A DNA stretch of 64,000 bases from Anthoceros angustus (Eukaryota; Plantae; Anthocerotophyta), in assembly GCA_010909165.1 (NCBI GenBank), contig MU008168.1:1-64000 (forward strand), in the 5' to 3' direction. The notes below the pieces were generated by a model. That model was not told where the DNA came from and did not search any database. It saw nothing but the letters and a program-made list of their open reading frames with translations. The translations under genes were made by a program, and so were the position numbers. This document shows, one piece after another, positions 24,505 to 37,200 of the stretch. Within the stretch, counting starts at the first letter, position 1. Each line of letters begins with the position of its first letter.

Positions 24505-27500
24505 TTAATCTAGCTGACCGCCTGGTTCCTGTGAAACATCAAAATGCGCAGGCCTCGTGTATGAAAGACATCCGTCGTTCCTAATTGCGATGGACTTTCC
24601 AGATCTCAACTGTTTAATTCGAAACGTACCAGGAGTAATGGGTCCTGCCACAACTTTAGTACGACCAACCTCGCCAGTAGCAGCTTCCCTCAACCTCGCT
24701 GACCTTCTAACTGACCCTGCAGACGGGACCTCTGGTATAAGGTCCTCTAGCAATACCCGGCGGAAATTTTGATGTTCAGCAGTAAGGTTCCTGACTTCAA
24801 GACAAGTTACCTGGAGTTTCCGAAGACATTATGCCAATGCTCCCGCTCACACCAGTTGCATCATCCAGTAGAGTAGGACCTTTCTTATCCTGCATGATAG
24901 GAACACAGGGATTACATGGCATGTTGCATACAAGAAATACAGGACCACGCTGTAACAACATGAAACGACATGTTGAGTGATTAGGAAACCTGAATACCTT
25001 GCTAGACGATCTGCGGAGTCTCCTGCCATTATTATTGCTGCCTTCAGTCTGTCCTGGTCCACTTTGTGAGCCAGTATCTTGTTCAGCACCCTCATCATTG
25101 GTTTGAGTGTCAGCCACCTCTGGAGCTACAGGCTGCAATGTCTCCAGCAAGTGTTGGCCAGGTGGTTTCAATTCATGTGAAGACATAATCCTCTCTGTCC
25201 CAAAGCTTGAAACCATGGGATCCATCTGTATGCTGCAGCCAATCTCAGTAGATGTCTGGTTTGCTGGATGAACAAAGCTTGTCACCTGAGTGGGTGGTAC
25301 AGTCATTTCGGAGTCTGTAGCTGATACCCTTCCCTGCGTTAAGCTGTTGATTAGCGTGGACTTCACGGCCTCAAACGCGTCGTGGCTCTCAGATTCTCCT
25401 GAAGTTTGTATGTCAGCCTCCTGTGAGGTTGAATCGGTCTCCGGTGCCCGAGCTACCTTGTACGGTGTACCCTTGTTTTTCCTATTTCTACCCGTGTTCT
25501 TGGTCTGAAGCAAACTGGGTGTACTTTTGGCAGCACTTCGTCCTGATACAGGGATACGGAGCTGGCCGGCCCGTGGAGAAGGAGTTCGCAAAATTACGGG
25601 AACGTCGTTGAAGTGAACTCCTTTCCTAATCTTATTATCCTTGGCTGCTGTTGCTTTCCCACCATGCGAGTGCAAAGGTGAATCAGTTGTATTTGGCAAA
25701 TCCAGACCGCTCTCAGCGTATCGTCTTCCCCTCAGATGGGCCCCTTTCTTCTGCTCAGGGATAGCCTGTGATGGGTCAGCTGTTGATTTTCTCTCCTGTA
25801 ATCCTCTAACCTCTGGCCAAATGGTAGACTCCCTAAGACCCTGTTGCGAATTAGATGGAACAAGTTCTCTTTGAACATTAACCAATGATGGTTTCTCGGA
25901 GTAGTCGTCCTCAACTTCTGCCTCTGGATTATCGCGAACCGTCACAAATGCTTGCCTGTACAGCACATGATCTTGATAACACGCTTTAGCTTCATCCACG
26001 GATACCTCTTGTGTATTCATGGAGCAACTTATTTCTGCTTTCAGTTCGGCATCATCTCCTCCAGAGGCAGTTGATAGCAGGGAGCTCACAGATTGCAATC
26101 CTACAGCTAGAGGCTGTTTCCCATGTCCCATATCAGAAGCCAACAGGGCACTTTCCCGTGCAACGTCAGTATACTTACAGTCATCCAAGTAAGGTCCTGT
26201 TGCATCTTCTTTTGTTTTATGCGTAGTGTCCCCTTCTGTACTGTCATCATGTACGACGCCCTTTTGAAGCTGACCTACAGATGAGTCTGTCTGATTGAGA
26301 CATCTGCCTTCCGTTGAGGTCTGTGAACAACTGGGGATCGTCCTAGCTGTGCTGCCATGGGTGTCAGCCTCTTCAGATATCTCAAGCGACATTTCGTTTT
26401 CCTTCTTTTCGTGGTCAGCACATATTTCTGAGGAGGCCAGAGGTAAACAAGTATCTTCTATGTGTATCTCACCATCCTCAGCTTCAACCATGCTATCCGC
26501 TCGGAACTCCTGGGTGCTCGCCACGGGATCAGCATTTTCAGACTCTGCAAGATGAGGGCTTGCTGAGAGCTCAGGTGTAGCAGATGCCTCAGTATGCCCA
26601 CCTACTGAGATCGTTGAGCTATTTGAAATAGCGCCTCCCAAGCTTTCATACAGAGAAATTGTCTCCTTATGGTTGTCAGAAGTCTGGGGGTGTTTCTCCA
26701 CATATGATCGCAGGGCTCCACAGAGTTCTGAAGATGGCTGCATCAGACATCAACCTCGTCAGACCTATTGAGCTGCCATTGTAGCCAACTCGCCATGACA
26801 AGGCATGGGATTGCACCTGCTCTTAAGACATAATGGACCACCAGATATCAGCATGTTTGAACAACGACAGCTATAGCTTTCCAAACGGAAAACATTACCT
26901 TTGCAGCAGAATCAACTGCAAGACGAAAGAAGACCATGGCAGTCTCGTGCTTGCTTTCCATTTCTGCGATCTTGATTTGTGTGAGCCAATACGATGCTGT
27001 TTCCAGAATGGAGAGTCCAGCAGCATACCCATTGTCTTGTGCATTTTCAACAACTTTCTGGGGAACCTTTTTCAAGTTCTTGCACTGAGTAGAGGATATC
27101 TTGGAAGCAGCCGCATGGCCAACTTGACCTCTTACTGCCATCTTGCGGCCCTTCTCAAGTGTGGCTGGCGTTGACACCCGTTCTGAGTTCCGTACTGAGG
27201 TGCCATGAATATCTGGCTTTGAAGGAGTTCTGAAATTCCTGGATATGGAATTCCCACGACTTGCCGGTTCTCGAGCAACCTGCTGGGGTTTAAGACCTTT
27301 GTTGTCAATATTTACGCTTGGAGCCTGTACAGCAGTATCAGGATTCGCACACGTTGCAACGTCCTGTTTCTGTCTCGACACCTTCGGGTGTGACTCCACA
27401 TTGCCAAACTTGGAGGAGACCATACGAGAGCCGCTAGCTCTATCACAGACAACAGTGGAGACCACAATTATGCCACACGCACGTCAGCTTTGGCTTGAAA

Positions 27501-28150
27501 CTGAAAACTTGATGCTCCCACCGTCAAGCGAACCATCAAAGTTCTCAACACCAAGCACCAGGTGAGCTAGACACCTTTTCGGGACAGCCGGTGTGACAGG
27601 CCTTGCACCGTTCCATTCTTTCAAAGGCGTCATTCCTCCGCGGTGCTTTGCTCCAGCTGGCGTATGCCTCTCAGAGACCTGGCCCACTAGCGAGGTCGAG
27701 GACACAATCCAAGGCAAACCATCAACATCACAAGCGATCCAAGGCCTCCTTCCAGAAGAAGCTTGGCAGCTTGACCAGAAGCAACCGAAGCCAGTATCTA
27801 AGTGCGGTCAACCAGCATTCATCCATGTGTGCCGCCAAACAACTTTGCAAAGCGGAAATGCAGATTCCGTGAGCAACCAGGATGAAGGGGCAAGCATCGA
27901 GACTGAGCTCTCCAGCAACCATTCCAATGCAAAGAGCATGCAGAGATTCCAGAAATGTCACCAGTTTCCCAGCCCCTAGCTGACAGATTGCCCCTCAGTC
28001 CACAAGCAAGCAGATGCTTCTTCTGTGCTACCTCGGCTGGTTGCGGGTGCCAGGAGGTCGCGAGATTCTTCGAAAGCCATCAGAAACCCCACTACAGATT
28101 GGAAAAGAAGAGAGCATAGAATCACACCTGTGCGGGACGCCATGCTTGGC
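24505..28150 (-). CDS. Large multi-exon, mostly low-complexity protein with a conserved helical motif (plant 'futsch-like microtubule-associated' type); 5' and 3' exon boundaries uncertain
   Basis: ORFs 26848-27465 and 24797-26743 are joined by intron 26738-26898, giving SYWLTQIKIAEMESKHETAMVFFRLAVDSAAK|PSSELCGALRSY. Many TP/SP sites and basic RRSARL and LRSGK motifs. Confidence 0.7.
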
Positions 28151-28468
28151 ATGCTCAGCTGCAACGAATGTTGGAGCAGGAGGCAGCCGCATCCACCGAT
28201 TGGGAAGCTCAAGATGCAGCAGCAGCAGGCGTCACATTGGCGGTGCACGCAATCCTCTTCTCCTGGGGAGACAAACAACGGGAGAGGAAGGTAGCGCGAG
28301 ATCAGCCAGTGAGATCGTGCATTCCGCTCCTGGCGCCAAGAAATTTTGAAAACAAAGGCCAGTTTCGCCCTTATCGCCAGGTTTTACCCATTTCAGTCAT
28401 GTCCTTTCACGTTTCAAAGTTTTCGACCCGACCCGCCTGTTATATCGTTTTCCCGCGTCCCGGCCTCG

Positions 28469-29791
28469 ATGGTTTGTGGTTTGCGGAAGATGGAGGCCCC
28501 GGAGCCGGGCTTCAACGCCTTCGAAGACATTTGCTTCACGCCGGAGGGTGTAACTGACGCGTACATATCTGGCTCTCGTGCAGGGATCGCGCCATTCCGC
28601 CCGAGCTCAATTTGTTACTGGCGTATGATTCCGGTCGTTCAAGATCCGAGCTCGCTCCTTGCGTCAGGAGGTGTCGGTGAGGAGAATCCTACAGTCCAAG
28701 ATCCGGACTTCTATCAACCACCAAGTTCTGTGATAGCTATTCCGACATCCTATGCAACTTCTTGTGTCCCGGGCATCGACAGTCGGGTGGTGCAGGAGCC
28801 AGGGCCCACGTGTGCACAATTTGCACATGATCTTGACACATCTGGTCACGAGCTTCACCAGCGAATTGTTGCATACAGTTTCCAGTATTGGAGACTGAGA
28901 AGGATCTCACAGAACGTACTCATCGGAACATCTGACCAGAGCACTGTAGAGAACACACCGCGTTCTGAAGGAAATGTTGCCTGTACCTTAGAACTCAGTC
29001 CCAAGCGGGTGCCCGAGATCATTCCGATGTCTGGCGGCAGTGGTGGAGATGATGTTGCCTGTGAACTGGATATTTGTGAAACCCGTCCAATTGCCTCTGA
29101 GAATCTGGTTGTAAGTCCTTCCCATGCCATTCCCGAGCAGTCTGTTATCCGATTTGGAGCTGCAAGTAAACGTTGCTCAAATTCTGCCAGACTTGAGAGT
29201 GTCACGGTCACTGCTACGAAGTCACCAAAGTCGGAGCAGGACACCGGCTCAACGGCAACTTCAGAGGGACCATTCAGACCCCAAATTCCTTCAAGGAACC
29301 GACGAGCTACCGTAATAGAGTCTGATTCTGACACCAGTGGTGATGTGAGCTCGTCCAAGGACTTGCAGGCTTCTGCCAATCTTGATGACTTGCAGGCCCC
29401 TATCTCTTCGATCGACTTGCAACCCTCGGAAGACTTGCCGGCCACGATTGATCTTAAAACGTATATGCGCAAGCCGAGACAAGATTTCTCTGCCGCAGAA
29501 ACGCTCTGCCTGGCTGAAGCTGTCAAGAAAGTGATCAACGCCTGGCCAAGAAGAGAGAAACCTACAATTGCTTTCTGGAAAGCAGTCTTTGAGGCGACCC
29601 GTTTCCCTGAAGCTAAAGGGCCTGCAAAACTTCGAACGAAGTGGTGGTATGAGCTACAGAAGAATAACAAGCGGCGGCATGGCAGCTCTGCCTGTTACTC
29701 TGTCGCAGGTGACAGGAGTTTAAGCAAGGGCTGGCGTGGCAAGTATCGAGCACTAATACATGACCTTCAGACACACACTCACAAGCGATGA
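28469..29791 (+). CDS. Intronless ~440-aa protein with a C-terminal Myb/SANT-like (trihelix/TRF-like) domain
   Basis: Long uninterrupted ORF; first in-frame ATG at 28469. RKPRQDFSAAETLCLAEAVKK..FWKAVF..AKLRTKW fits Myb helix spacing. Confidence 0.6.
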   Translation: MVCGLRKMEAPEPGFNAFEDICFTPEGVTDAYISGSRAGIAPFRPSSICYWRMIPVVQDPSSLLASGGVGEENPTVQDPDFYQPPSSVIAIPTSYATSCVPGIDSRVVQEPGPTCAQFAHDLDTSGHELHQRIVAYSFQYWRLRRISQNVLIGTSDQSTVENTPRSEGNVACTLELSPKRVPEIIPMSGGSGGDDVACELDICETRPIASENLVVSPSHAIPEQSVIRFGAASKRCSNSARLESVTVTATKSPKSEQDTGSTATSEGPFRPQIPSRNRRATVIESDSDTSGDVSSSKDLQASANLDDLQAPISSIDLQPSEDLPATIDLKTYMRKPRQDFSAAETLCLAEAVKKVINAWPRREKPTIAFWKAVFEATRFPEAKGPAKLRTKWWYELQKNNKRRHGSSACYSVAGDRSLSKGWRGKYRALIHDLQTHTHKR

Positions 29792-30752
29792 TGCTGCAAT
29801 TCCTGCCACGATGTGGAAGACGTTCATCGTCAAATGGGGCGTACTGCCCGGTATCAGTCACCTACTGTCCTTTTCACGAGCATGTGATTATATGAGATGT
29901 GTCAAAAAAGGAAGTCGCGGAAGTATGCACCCACATTGTCGAGCGTCAGCCATTCGTAGAATTCGAGGCTCACAAACAGTGCTAGTGGGATTTCTCCAGA
30001 CGAATGCATTCGCAGCGAAATCTGCGTTGGCGTTCACTTACTTGCAACCTGCATGCATGCTGAATGTCTGCCCGAGGCCTTGCTTGTGCAACCTCAAATC
30101 TTGCTCATAATTTGCTTTAGAAGAACATCTGACTGCTTCAACTTCCTAGGTTACGTCCAGAGGCTAGGTCTTCAAATCTGTGCCGCGACTGCTTCCCTTT
30201 TCGAAGTTAGTCCAGGGGCTAGGTCGTCTTAGGAATCTGTGCAGCAACCGCTTGTTTTAGCCATGTGGTTAATTGAAACATGAACGACAAAAACGATTTG
30301 GTCTGTATCCATGGCTCTTTGATTCGATCCTCAAATTACAGCAGCAAGATTCACTAATCAAAGAACCTACTCAAAACTCGATCTCCCTGCCTCTTTCAGG
30401 AGGCTCTATTTTGCAAAGACCGTCAGAGTCCGTGGTTTGCACAGCTGCTAAACTAGTGTAATATCCTCATTCCTGCAACGGGACACGAGCAAGACATGTT
30501 CCAAGAAGAAAGAAGTGTCGTCGAATTCGGATGATCTAACGTACAATGCTAATCCCCGCAAATTTTCGTGCAGGTAAGGCTCAGTCCAACATTAATGTAA
30601 TCTATGCCACTCCCTGACAACCTAGTCCTAGCAATAATATATACACAGAGCCAACCAATTAAGTGGCGCATCATAACCTCAAATTTGCTTCGCTACTGAA
30701 ACTGTGAATCCAACGCGTATGTATGTACAGTCACGATGCCGGAGAAAACGGT

Positions 30753-31449
30753 CTACCGAAACTGGAGGTCGGGGACACCTCCCTCAAATCCCATCCACTC
30801 TTCCCACTCGCTCCAGGACTCGTCCCCCACTCCCATCATCCCCTCCCAGCAGAAATCTGCTAAGTCCTCGGTACCATCCTCCTGGTCCAATTGCCTCACA
30901 ATTCCCTGCGGCAACGGACAGAAATGCCTTAGCCATCCAACCGACCGTCCCGACCACAGCGCTACCTGCCCGGAATTGACTGACATGCGTTGATTGCAAA
31001 CCTCATAAGCCGTTCGCACTTGCTTGAACTTCATCTCGCAGTGATCTCCTTTGCAGACATCGGGATGGAACTGCAGACGCCGATTGATTTGTCAGAGTGC
31101 GGACAAAGCAGAGGCAGGGCGCAACCAAACCACGGCCTCCACGCCTCAAACAAAGCGAATTTCAAAGCGGTGCAGGCCCGGCGGCCACCTGCAGAGCGAG
31201 CCTCCGGTAAGCAATCTTGACGTCGTTCTTGGACGCCTGGTGCGAAACTCCGAGCACCTCATAGTCGTCCATGGAGGAGGAATTGGCGGTAGGGCTGCCA
31301 GCCTGAGCCCGGACGGACATCCTCCGCCCCCTGCACTTGATGCCATCGGCGTTGGAAGCTCCGGATCCCTGCGGGCTACCGGTAGCGCTGCCGCCGTTCG
31401 CCGAAACCGACTGCATCCACGGAGAGCCTGCAGCTGCTGCTTGCGCCAT
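30753..31449 (-). CDS. J8: Chloroplast small J-protein, DnaJ 8 (J8/DJC22)-like; exons 31449-31189, 31070-31002, 30905-30753
   Basis: Transit-peptide-like N-terminus; YEVLGV..VKIAYRRLALQ|FHPDVC J-domain with HPD; C-terminal EWEEWMGFEGG motif characteristic of J8. Confidence 0.9.
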
Positions 31450-31629
31450 TGGTTCCGACCTCCACTCGACTTGGAACCTGGCAGCAACCAACAACTGGCA
31501 CCACATTCGCCTGCGCTACATATCTATCTATACATTTATATTTCCCCTTCCGGTAAAAGCACCTCCTCGCCACACGGCACAGCGACGAAGGCGAGAAGCA
31601 GCAGCAGCGGGGGCGTGATGTGCAGACGC

Positions 31630-31885
31630 AGCATATATTTAGTGTGACGGAGGGAAAGGGATAGGGGACAAGCCACGTCAGGGCGGGCCCCACCGGAGAT
31701 TTTCGGCCTTATTTCTGCTGACGCTGCGGTGCCTATGTAAAATGTAAGTCGAGGCGCGGCGTAACACGCGATATCTGCCCCAGGACGGCCTTCATCATAC
31801 CAGCATCACGTGTCATCACTGGCCTTCGCACGGTATCCGCCCCGCCCCTCTCAAATGGCGGGTGGGACCCAGCTTTGACGTGCCA
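31630..31885 (-). promoter_or_regulatory. Putative J8 promoter with a TATA-like element and ACGT-core (G-box/ABRE-like) motifs
   Basis: TAAATATATG on the minus strand at ~31632-31641; GCCACGTCA ~31672, CACGTG ~31807, TGACGTG ~31876. Confidence 0.4.
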
Positions 31886-33274
31886 TCATGGCACATACAC
31901 CACATGGAGTTTCCCTCTATCCCTTCTCTCTACAAACCCTCGCCACGCTTCCGTGCCTTGCCCACTGCGTCTACGTCGTCGCAGTTGGTGCCATCGTTTG
32001 CTCCCTCATGGTGATGGCGTGTATTTTTATTTCAATATAATATACATTATAGAATTTATTTTGATTTTTATATTTCATATTTCATATTATATACTAGATT
32101 ATATTTAAGTTCAATAATATATTATTGACCTATAACCATATGTTGATATGTTTGGCAGTGTGTCTTGTGCATAATTGGATTAAGAAACATTGTAAGAGTT
32201 GTAAATCTTTAAGAGAGATACCCACTAACAATGAAAAAGTATGGGACATGTGTGATGTGTGTTCCTCCAAGAAAGCTTATGTATCACAACACCATATACA
32301 TGGAAGTGTAGTTGCGCTATAAGATTTACTCCTTTGCCTCCTGCAGGATTTGCGGCTTCGCCTACATCTTGTAATGCACATGAGAAGGATTTGGGTGAAA
32401 GGGAGGAGGATGTTGAAGATGAGGAATAGACGATACTGGGAAGTGTGTAATTCGGGTAATTTTCATTCCATGTTACAAAGTCTAAGGTCTTATTGGAAGA
32501 GAACATAGATAAAAGACTGCAATTTCTAAAGCATTGACTTGCAAACAAGGATGAATAAACCAAGTGTGAAAGACTACTCCAAACCCTTCGCTATGCGTTC
32601 GAGAGCAGACTGCAATAACCAATTCCTAATAGCAAATAGGTGGTGTAGCTGAGTCAAAAGACTGTTGCAACTCCTTAGTCAAAGTATCCTTTCCATCCAT
32701 TCGAGCCAATAATTTTTCATATTTATCCTCCAAAACCAAAAAAGAAATAGAAATAGAAATATACTTGTCATTAAGCTTGTCAAAACCTTGGTGCAATTTT
32801 TGAATAACAATACCTTTATCAACCAGGTTTTTCATATTTTTTTTGTCTCCAAAGCATTCACTTAGTGATCCAACGTAATCACCTTAATATCCACATACTA
32901 CACCGTATTAGAATTCATAGAACAGAAACCTGGAGACTTTATTGAAGAAAACAAAATGGGAAAATCCCATCTACCCTGAAACAAAGAAAAACAACCCTTA
33001 GGAAGGCACCAGGGCTAGGAGGACTCCATATAAGTACGTTGACAACCCAAAAGAGCAGAGGGTTGCGATGCCATAATAACCCACAGGAAAAAATAGAAAA
33101 AGTTATGATGGGCTTATGGACTAATGAGAACATTTTATTACTTTGTATTTTCAGTATATAGAGCCATGATGGGCTGTGGAGCAATTAGCACTTCAAAGAA
33201 AACATATACTACATATGCTTATTACTCAATAGATCATTCTAAATCAATATACTGCAACTCCAAAGTGCGATGAA

Positions 33275-33388
33275 TAGCTGACATCTCATTTAGGACGACC
33301 CCTACAAACTGGTAGCTGACATCTCATTTAGGACGACCTCTACAAACTGGTAGCTGACATCTCATTTAGGACGACCTCTACAAACTGG
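33275..33388. repeat. 38-bp unit x3 tandem repeat
   Basis: TAGCTGACATCTCATTTAGGACGACC(C/T)CTACAAACTGG at 33275, 33313, 33351. Confidence 0.95.
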
Positions 33389-34015
33389 CAGTTCGTTCGA
33401 ACCGACACCCATCCACCCGTCCAATTTCATAGTTCAGTTATATATGAACAGTGTGCCAACTAGACAATTCAGCTCCAATTTGGACAGCTCAATTTCGAGA
33501 TTGAATTGAACTACTAAATGAACTATAAATGAGGAACCATGAGGGGCTAGGGTTCAAGGAGCTCGCAAGCCAACAGGAGCCCACGCATCATGAGATCACC
33601 CACCACCGACGCACCAAGGAGTAATTCATGCGAGATGAAATGGGCTGGTGTTCAAAATATAACGTGTACACCATAAAAATACATATTTGAACTTCACAAT
33701 TCGTCGAACCTTGGGTTTTTGGCCTCTTGGGTTTTTCGCCAAATCTTGGGTTTTTCGCACCGTTGGAGGCCGAATTGATTCAAACCGAACTGAAATCTAA
33801 TCATACCTGCTTATGTTAGCAAAGTGACACCCACAATGCATCCGAATACCGATTCAGCCCTGTGCATCATGATGCGGGTTAGAATTGAATTGAACTACGT
33901 ACCGGTTCATTCAGCTCTATGCTGATGTGGGTTATAATTGAATTGAACTATGTGCCGGTTCGATTCCGTTCTGTGCTAACGTGGGTCAGAACTGAATTGA
34001 ACTGAGCGAACGGCC
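33387..34015. mobile_element. Putative non-autonomous TIR element / MITE (PIF-Harbinger-like termini)
   Basis: Left GGCAGTTCGTTC versus right GAGCGAACGGCC (imperfect TIR). Repeated (A)ATTGAATTGAACT subterminal motifs; no clear TSD. Confidence 0.45.
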
Positions 34016-34125
34016 TTTGCGAACGGCCAGACCCTAGGGTCCTTCATAATAAGTCCCTGGAATCCTTCATAATAATAATCAAAGTCTCAAGGTGAGTCCT
34101 TCGGCGTTGCAATAATTTTTTCGGA

Positions 34126-34275
34126 TTAGATAAAGTAATTAAGGGAAGACGCAATAACAAACTCCACGCGTTGCCCGCACAAGTCCTTGCTTTCGAAACA
34201 GCCCAGATGCGACGCATATCCTCGTTTCCCAACTTCCGAGAATGAGATTGTCTGCTTCAGCCCTGCCTGACCCTC
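34126..34275 (-). pseudogene. Decayed E+/DYW deaminase relic downstream of PPR-1, out of frame
   Basis: Shifted frame reads LKQTISFSEVGKRGYASHLGCFESKDLCGQRVEFVIASSLN*, collinear with the DYW consensus KEEGYVPxLxCV..KE..LCGHSEKLAIA. Confidence 0.65.
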
Positions 34276-37200
34276 GTCCCCAACTGAAACCTATGCACCA
34301 CTCCCTCCTTGTCTGTCCACCAGCTCTGACCTGGCTGCTTCCATGCCATGATCCTTATCCTCTTTGCCTGCATCTTCTGAGCCTGCTCCCACATCTGGGC
34401 TCCTGTGTATATGTTCGACATCAAGACATAAGCAGCAGCATCTTTGTCGTCCAGCTTCACCGCTTCTTTGAAAGCGTGCTGCCCCACCTCCACATTGCTC
34501 CACTTTTGACACGCGCCCAACAGAGTGTGCCAAACTGCACCAGTAGGTAGCACAGGCATTGTCCTTACCAAGGCTAGTGCCTCATTCAGTTGCCCTGCTC
34601 GACCCAGGACATCCACCATGCACGTGTAGTGGTCCGCCGTGGGAGTGACGCCATAGTCTCTGCTCATGGCCTCAAAGTACTCCTGCCCCTTTTCCACCAG
34701 ACCCGCATGACAGCACACTGTTAGTACACTGAGCAATGTGATGGCATCTGGCCATACCCCATGCTCTCTCATCCTCTGGACCAGGTCAAAGACCGCTTCA
34801 CTGTCTCCTTGACATGCGTAGCCTGCAATCAGAGCACTCCAGGCCACAACGCTTTTTTCAGGCAACGCATCAAACACCTGTTGTGCATCAACCATGCTTC
34901 CAGACTTTCCATACATGTTGATCAAACTTCCGGCTACGAACACATCAGCTTGAAGCCCTAGTTCTAAAATCTGCGCATGAAGCTGCCTCCCCAGATACAA
35001 TGCAGCCATATATGCACATGCCCGCAGCAGGCACACCAAAGTCACTGTGTTCGGTACTGCGATGCCTTCTTCTTGCATAGCACTGTAGAGACAAAGTGCT
35101 TCCTGGCCCATGCCCTGATGGGAATACCCTGCCAGCATGGAAGTCCACATCACCACATCCTTGCGACCAAGTCCGTCAAACACTGTCTGGGCATCTTCCA
35201 AGCTGCCACACTTTGCATACATGTTTACCAAACTGCTGGCTACAAACACATCAGCTTGAAATCCTCTTTCTGTAATCTGGGCATGAAGCTGCTTCCCCAT
35301 TCCCAGTGCCGAATTGCCCACAATTGCACATGCCTGCAGGAGGCAAATGAATGTTATGGGATCACCTGCTTCTCCCATCGTACTGTAAAGACGCAGGGCC
35401 TCCTGGCCCATACCCAGTTGGGAATATCCTGCTATCAGTGCATTCCATGTCACCACATCCTTTTGACCGAGTCTGCAAAACAGTCTCTGTGCTTCTTCCA
35501 AGCTGCCACACTTTGCATACATGTTAACCAAACTGCTTGCGAGAAACAGATCAGCTTGGTCCCCTTGTTCTACAATATGCATATGAAACTCCTTGCCCAT
35601 CTCCAAAGCGGGAGCGCCAACACTTGCACATGCCTGCAGGAGGCAGACAAAGGTCACGGAATCAGGTACAGAGATCCCTTCGTCTTGCATAGCACTATAT
35701 AGACGAAGGGCTTGGTGCCATGCCCTGCTGGGAATATCCTGCTATCATGGCATTCCACACCACCACATTTTTTCACCCAGTCCATCAAACACTTTCTGTG
35801 CATCTTTCAAGCTGCCACACTTTGCATACATATTTACCAAACTGCTAGCTACAAACACACCAGCTTCAAGTCCTTGTTCTCTAATCTGCATGTGAAGCTG
35901 CTTCCCTTCTCTAAAGCCCGGCTGCCCTCACTTGCACATGCCCGCAGTAGGCAGACAAATGTCACACAATTGGGTAGAGTGATGCCTTCTTCTTGCATAG
36001 CACTGTACAGATGAAGGGCTTCCTGACCCATGCCCTGCTGGGAATATCCTGCTATCATGGCAGTCCACATCACCTCATTTTTTCACGAAATCCATGAAAC
36101 ACTCTCTGAGAGTCTTCCAAGCTGCCACACTTTGCATACATGTTCACAAGACTGCTGGCTACGAATACATCAGCATCGTGTCCTAGTTCTCTAATTTGCA
36201 TATGAAGCTGCTTCTCCAATGCTGGAGTGCCCACACTTGCACATGCCTGCAGGAACACAAATGTCACTGGATTCGGTACCACCAAGCCCTCTTCTTGCAT
36301 AGCACTGTAGAGACAAAGTGCTTCCTGGCCCATGCCCTGATGGGAATACCCTGCCAGCATGGAAGTCCACATCACCACATCCTTGCGACCAAGTCCGTCA
36401 AACACTGTCTGGGCATCTTCCAAGCTGCCACACTTTGCATACATGTTTACCAAACTGCTGGCTACAAACACATCAGCTTGAAATCCTCTTTCTGTAATCT
36501 GGGCATGAAGCTGCTTCCCCATTCCCAGTGCCGAATTGCCCACAATTGCACATGCCTGCAGGAGGCAAATGAATGTTATGGGATCACCTGCTTCTCCCAT
36601 CGTACTGTAAAGACGCAGGGCCTCCTGGCCCATACCCAGTTGGGAATATCCTGCTATCAGTGCATTCCATGTCACCACATCCTTTTGACCGAGTCTGCAA
36701 AACAGTCTCTGTGCTTCTTCCAAGCTGCCACACTTTGCATACATGTTAACCAAACTGCTTGCGAGAAACAGATCAGCTTGGTCCCCTTGTTCTACAATAT
36801 GCATATGAAACTCCTTGCCCATCTCCAAAGCGGGAGCGCCAACACTTGCACATGCCTGCAGGAGGCAGACAAAGGTCACGGAATCAGGTACAGAGATCCC
36901 TTCGTCTTGCATAGCACTATATAGACGAAGGGCTTGGTGCCCCATGCCCTGCTGGGAATATCCTGCTATCATGGCATTCCACACCACCACATTTTTTTCA
37001 CCCAGTCCATCAAACACTTTCTGTGCATCTTTCAAGCTGCCACACTTTGCATACATATTTACCAAACTGCTAGCTACAAACACACCAGCTTCAAGTCCTT
37101 GTTCTCTAATCTGCATGTGAAGCTGCTTCCCCTTCTCTAAAGCCCGGCTGCCCTCACTTGCACATGCCCGCAGTAGGCAGACAAATGTCACACAATTGGG

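Noticed and set aside
32225-33184. Short ORFs in the AT-rich spacer
   Set aside because: No recognisable domain or splice-consistent model; probably TE-derived debris.
33275-33388. 38-bp repeats as a CRISPR array
   Set aside because: Head-to-tail with no spacers and no cas genes.
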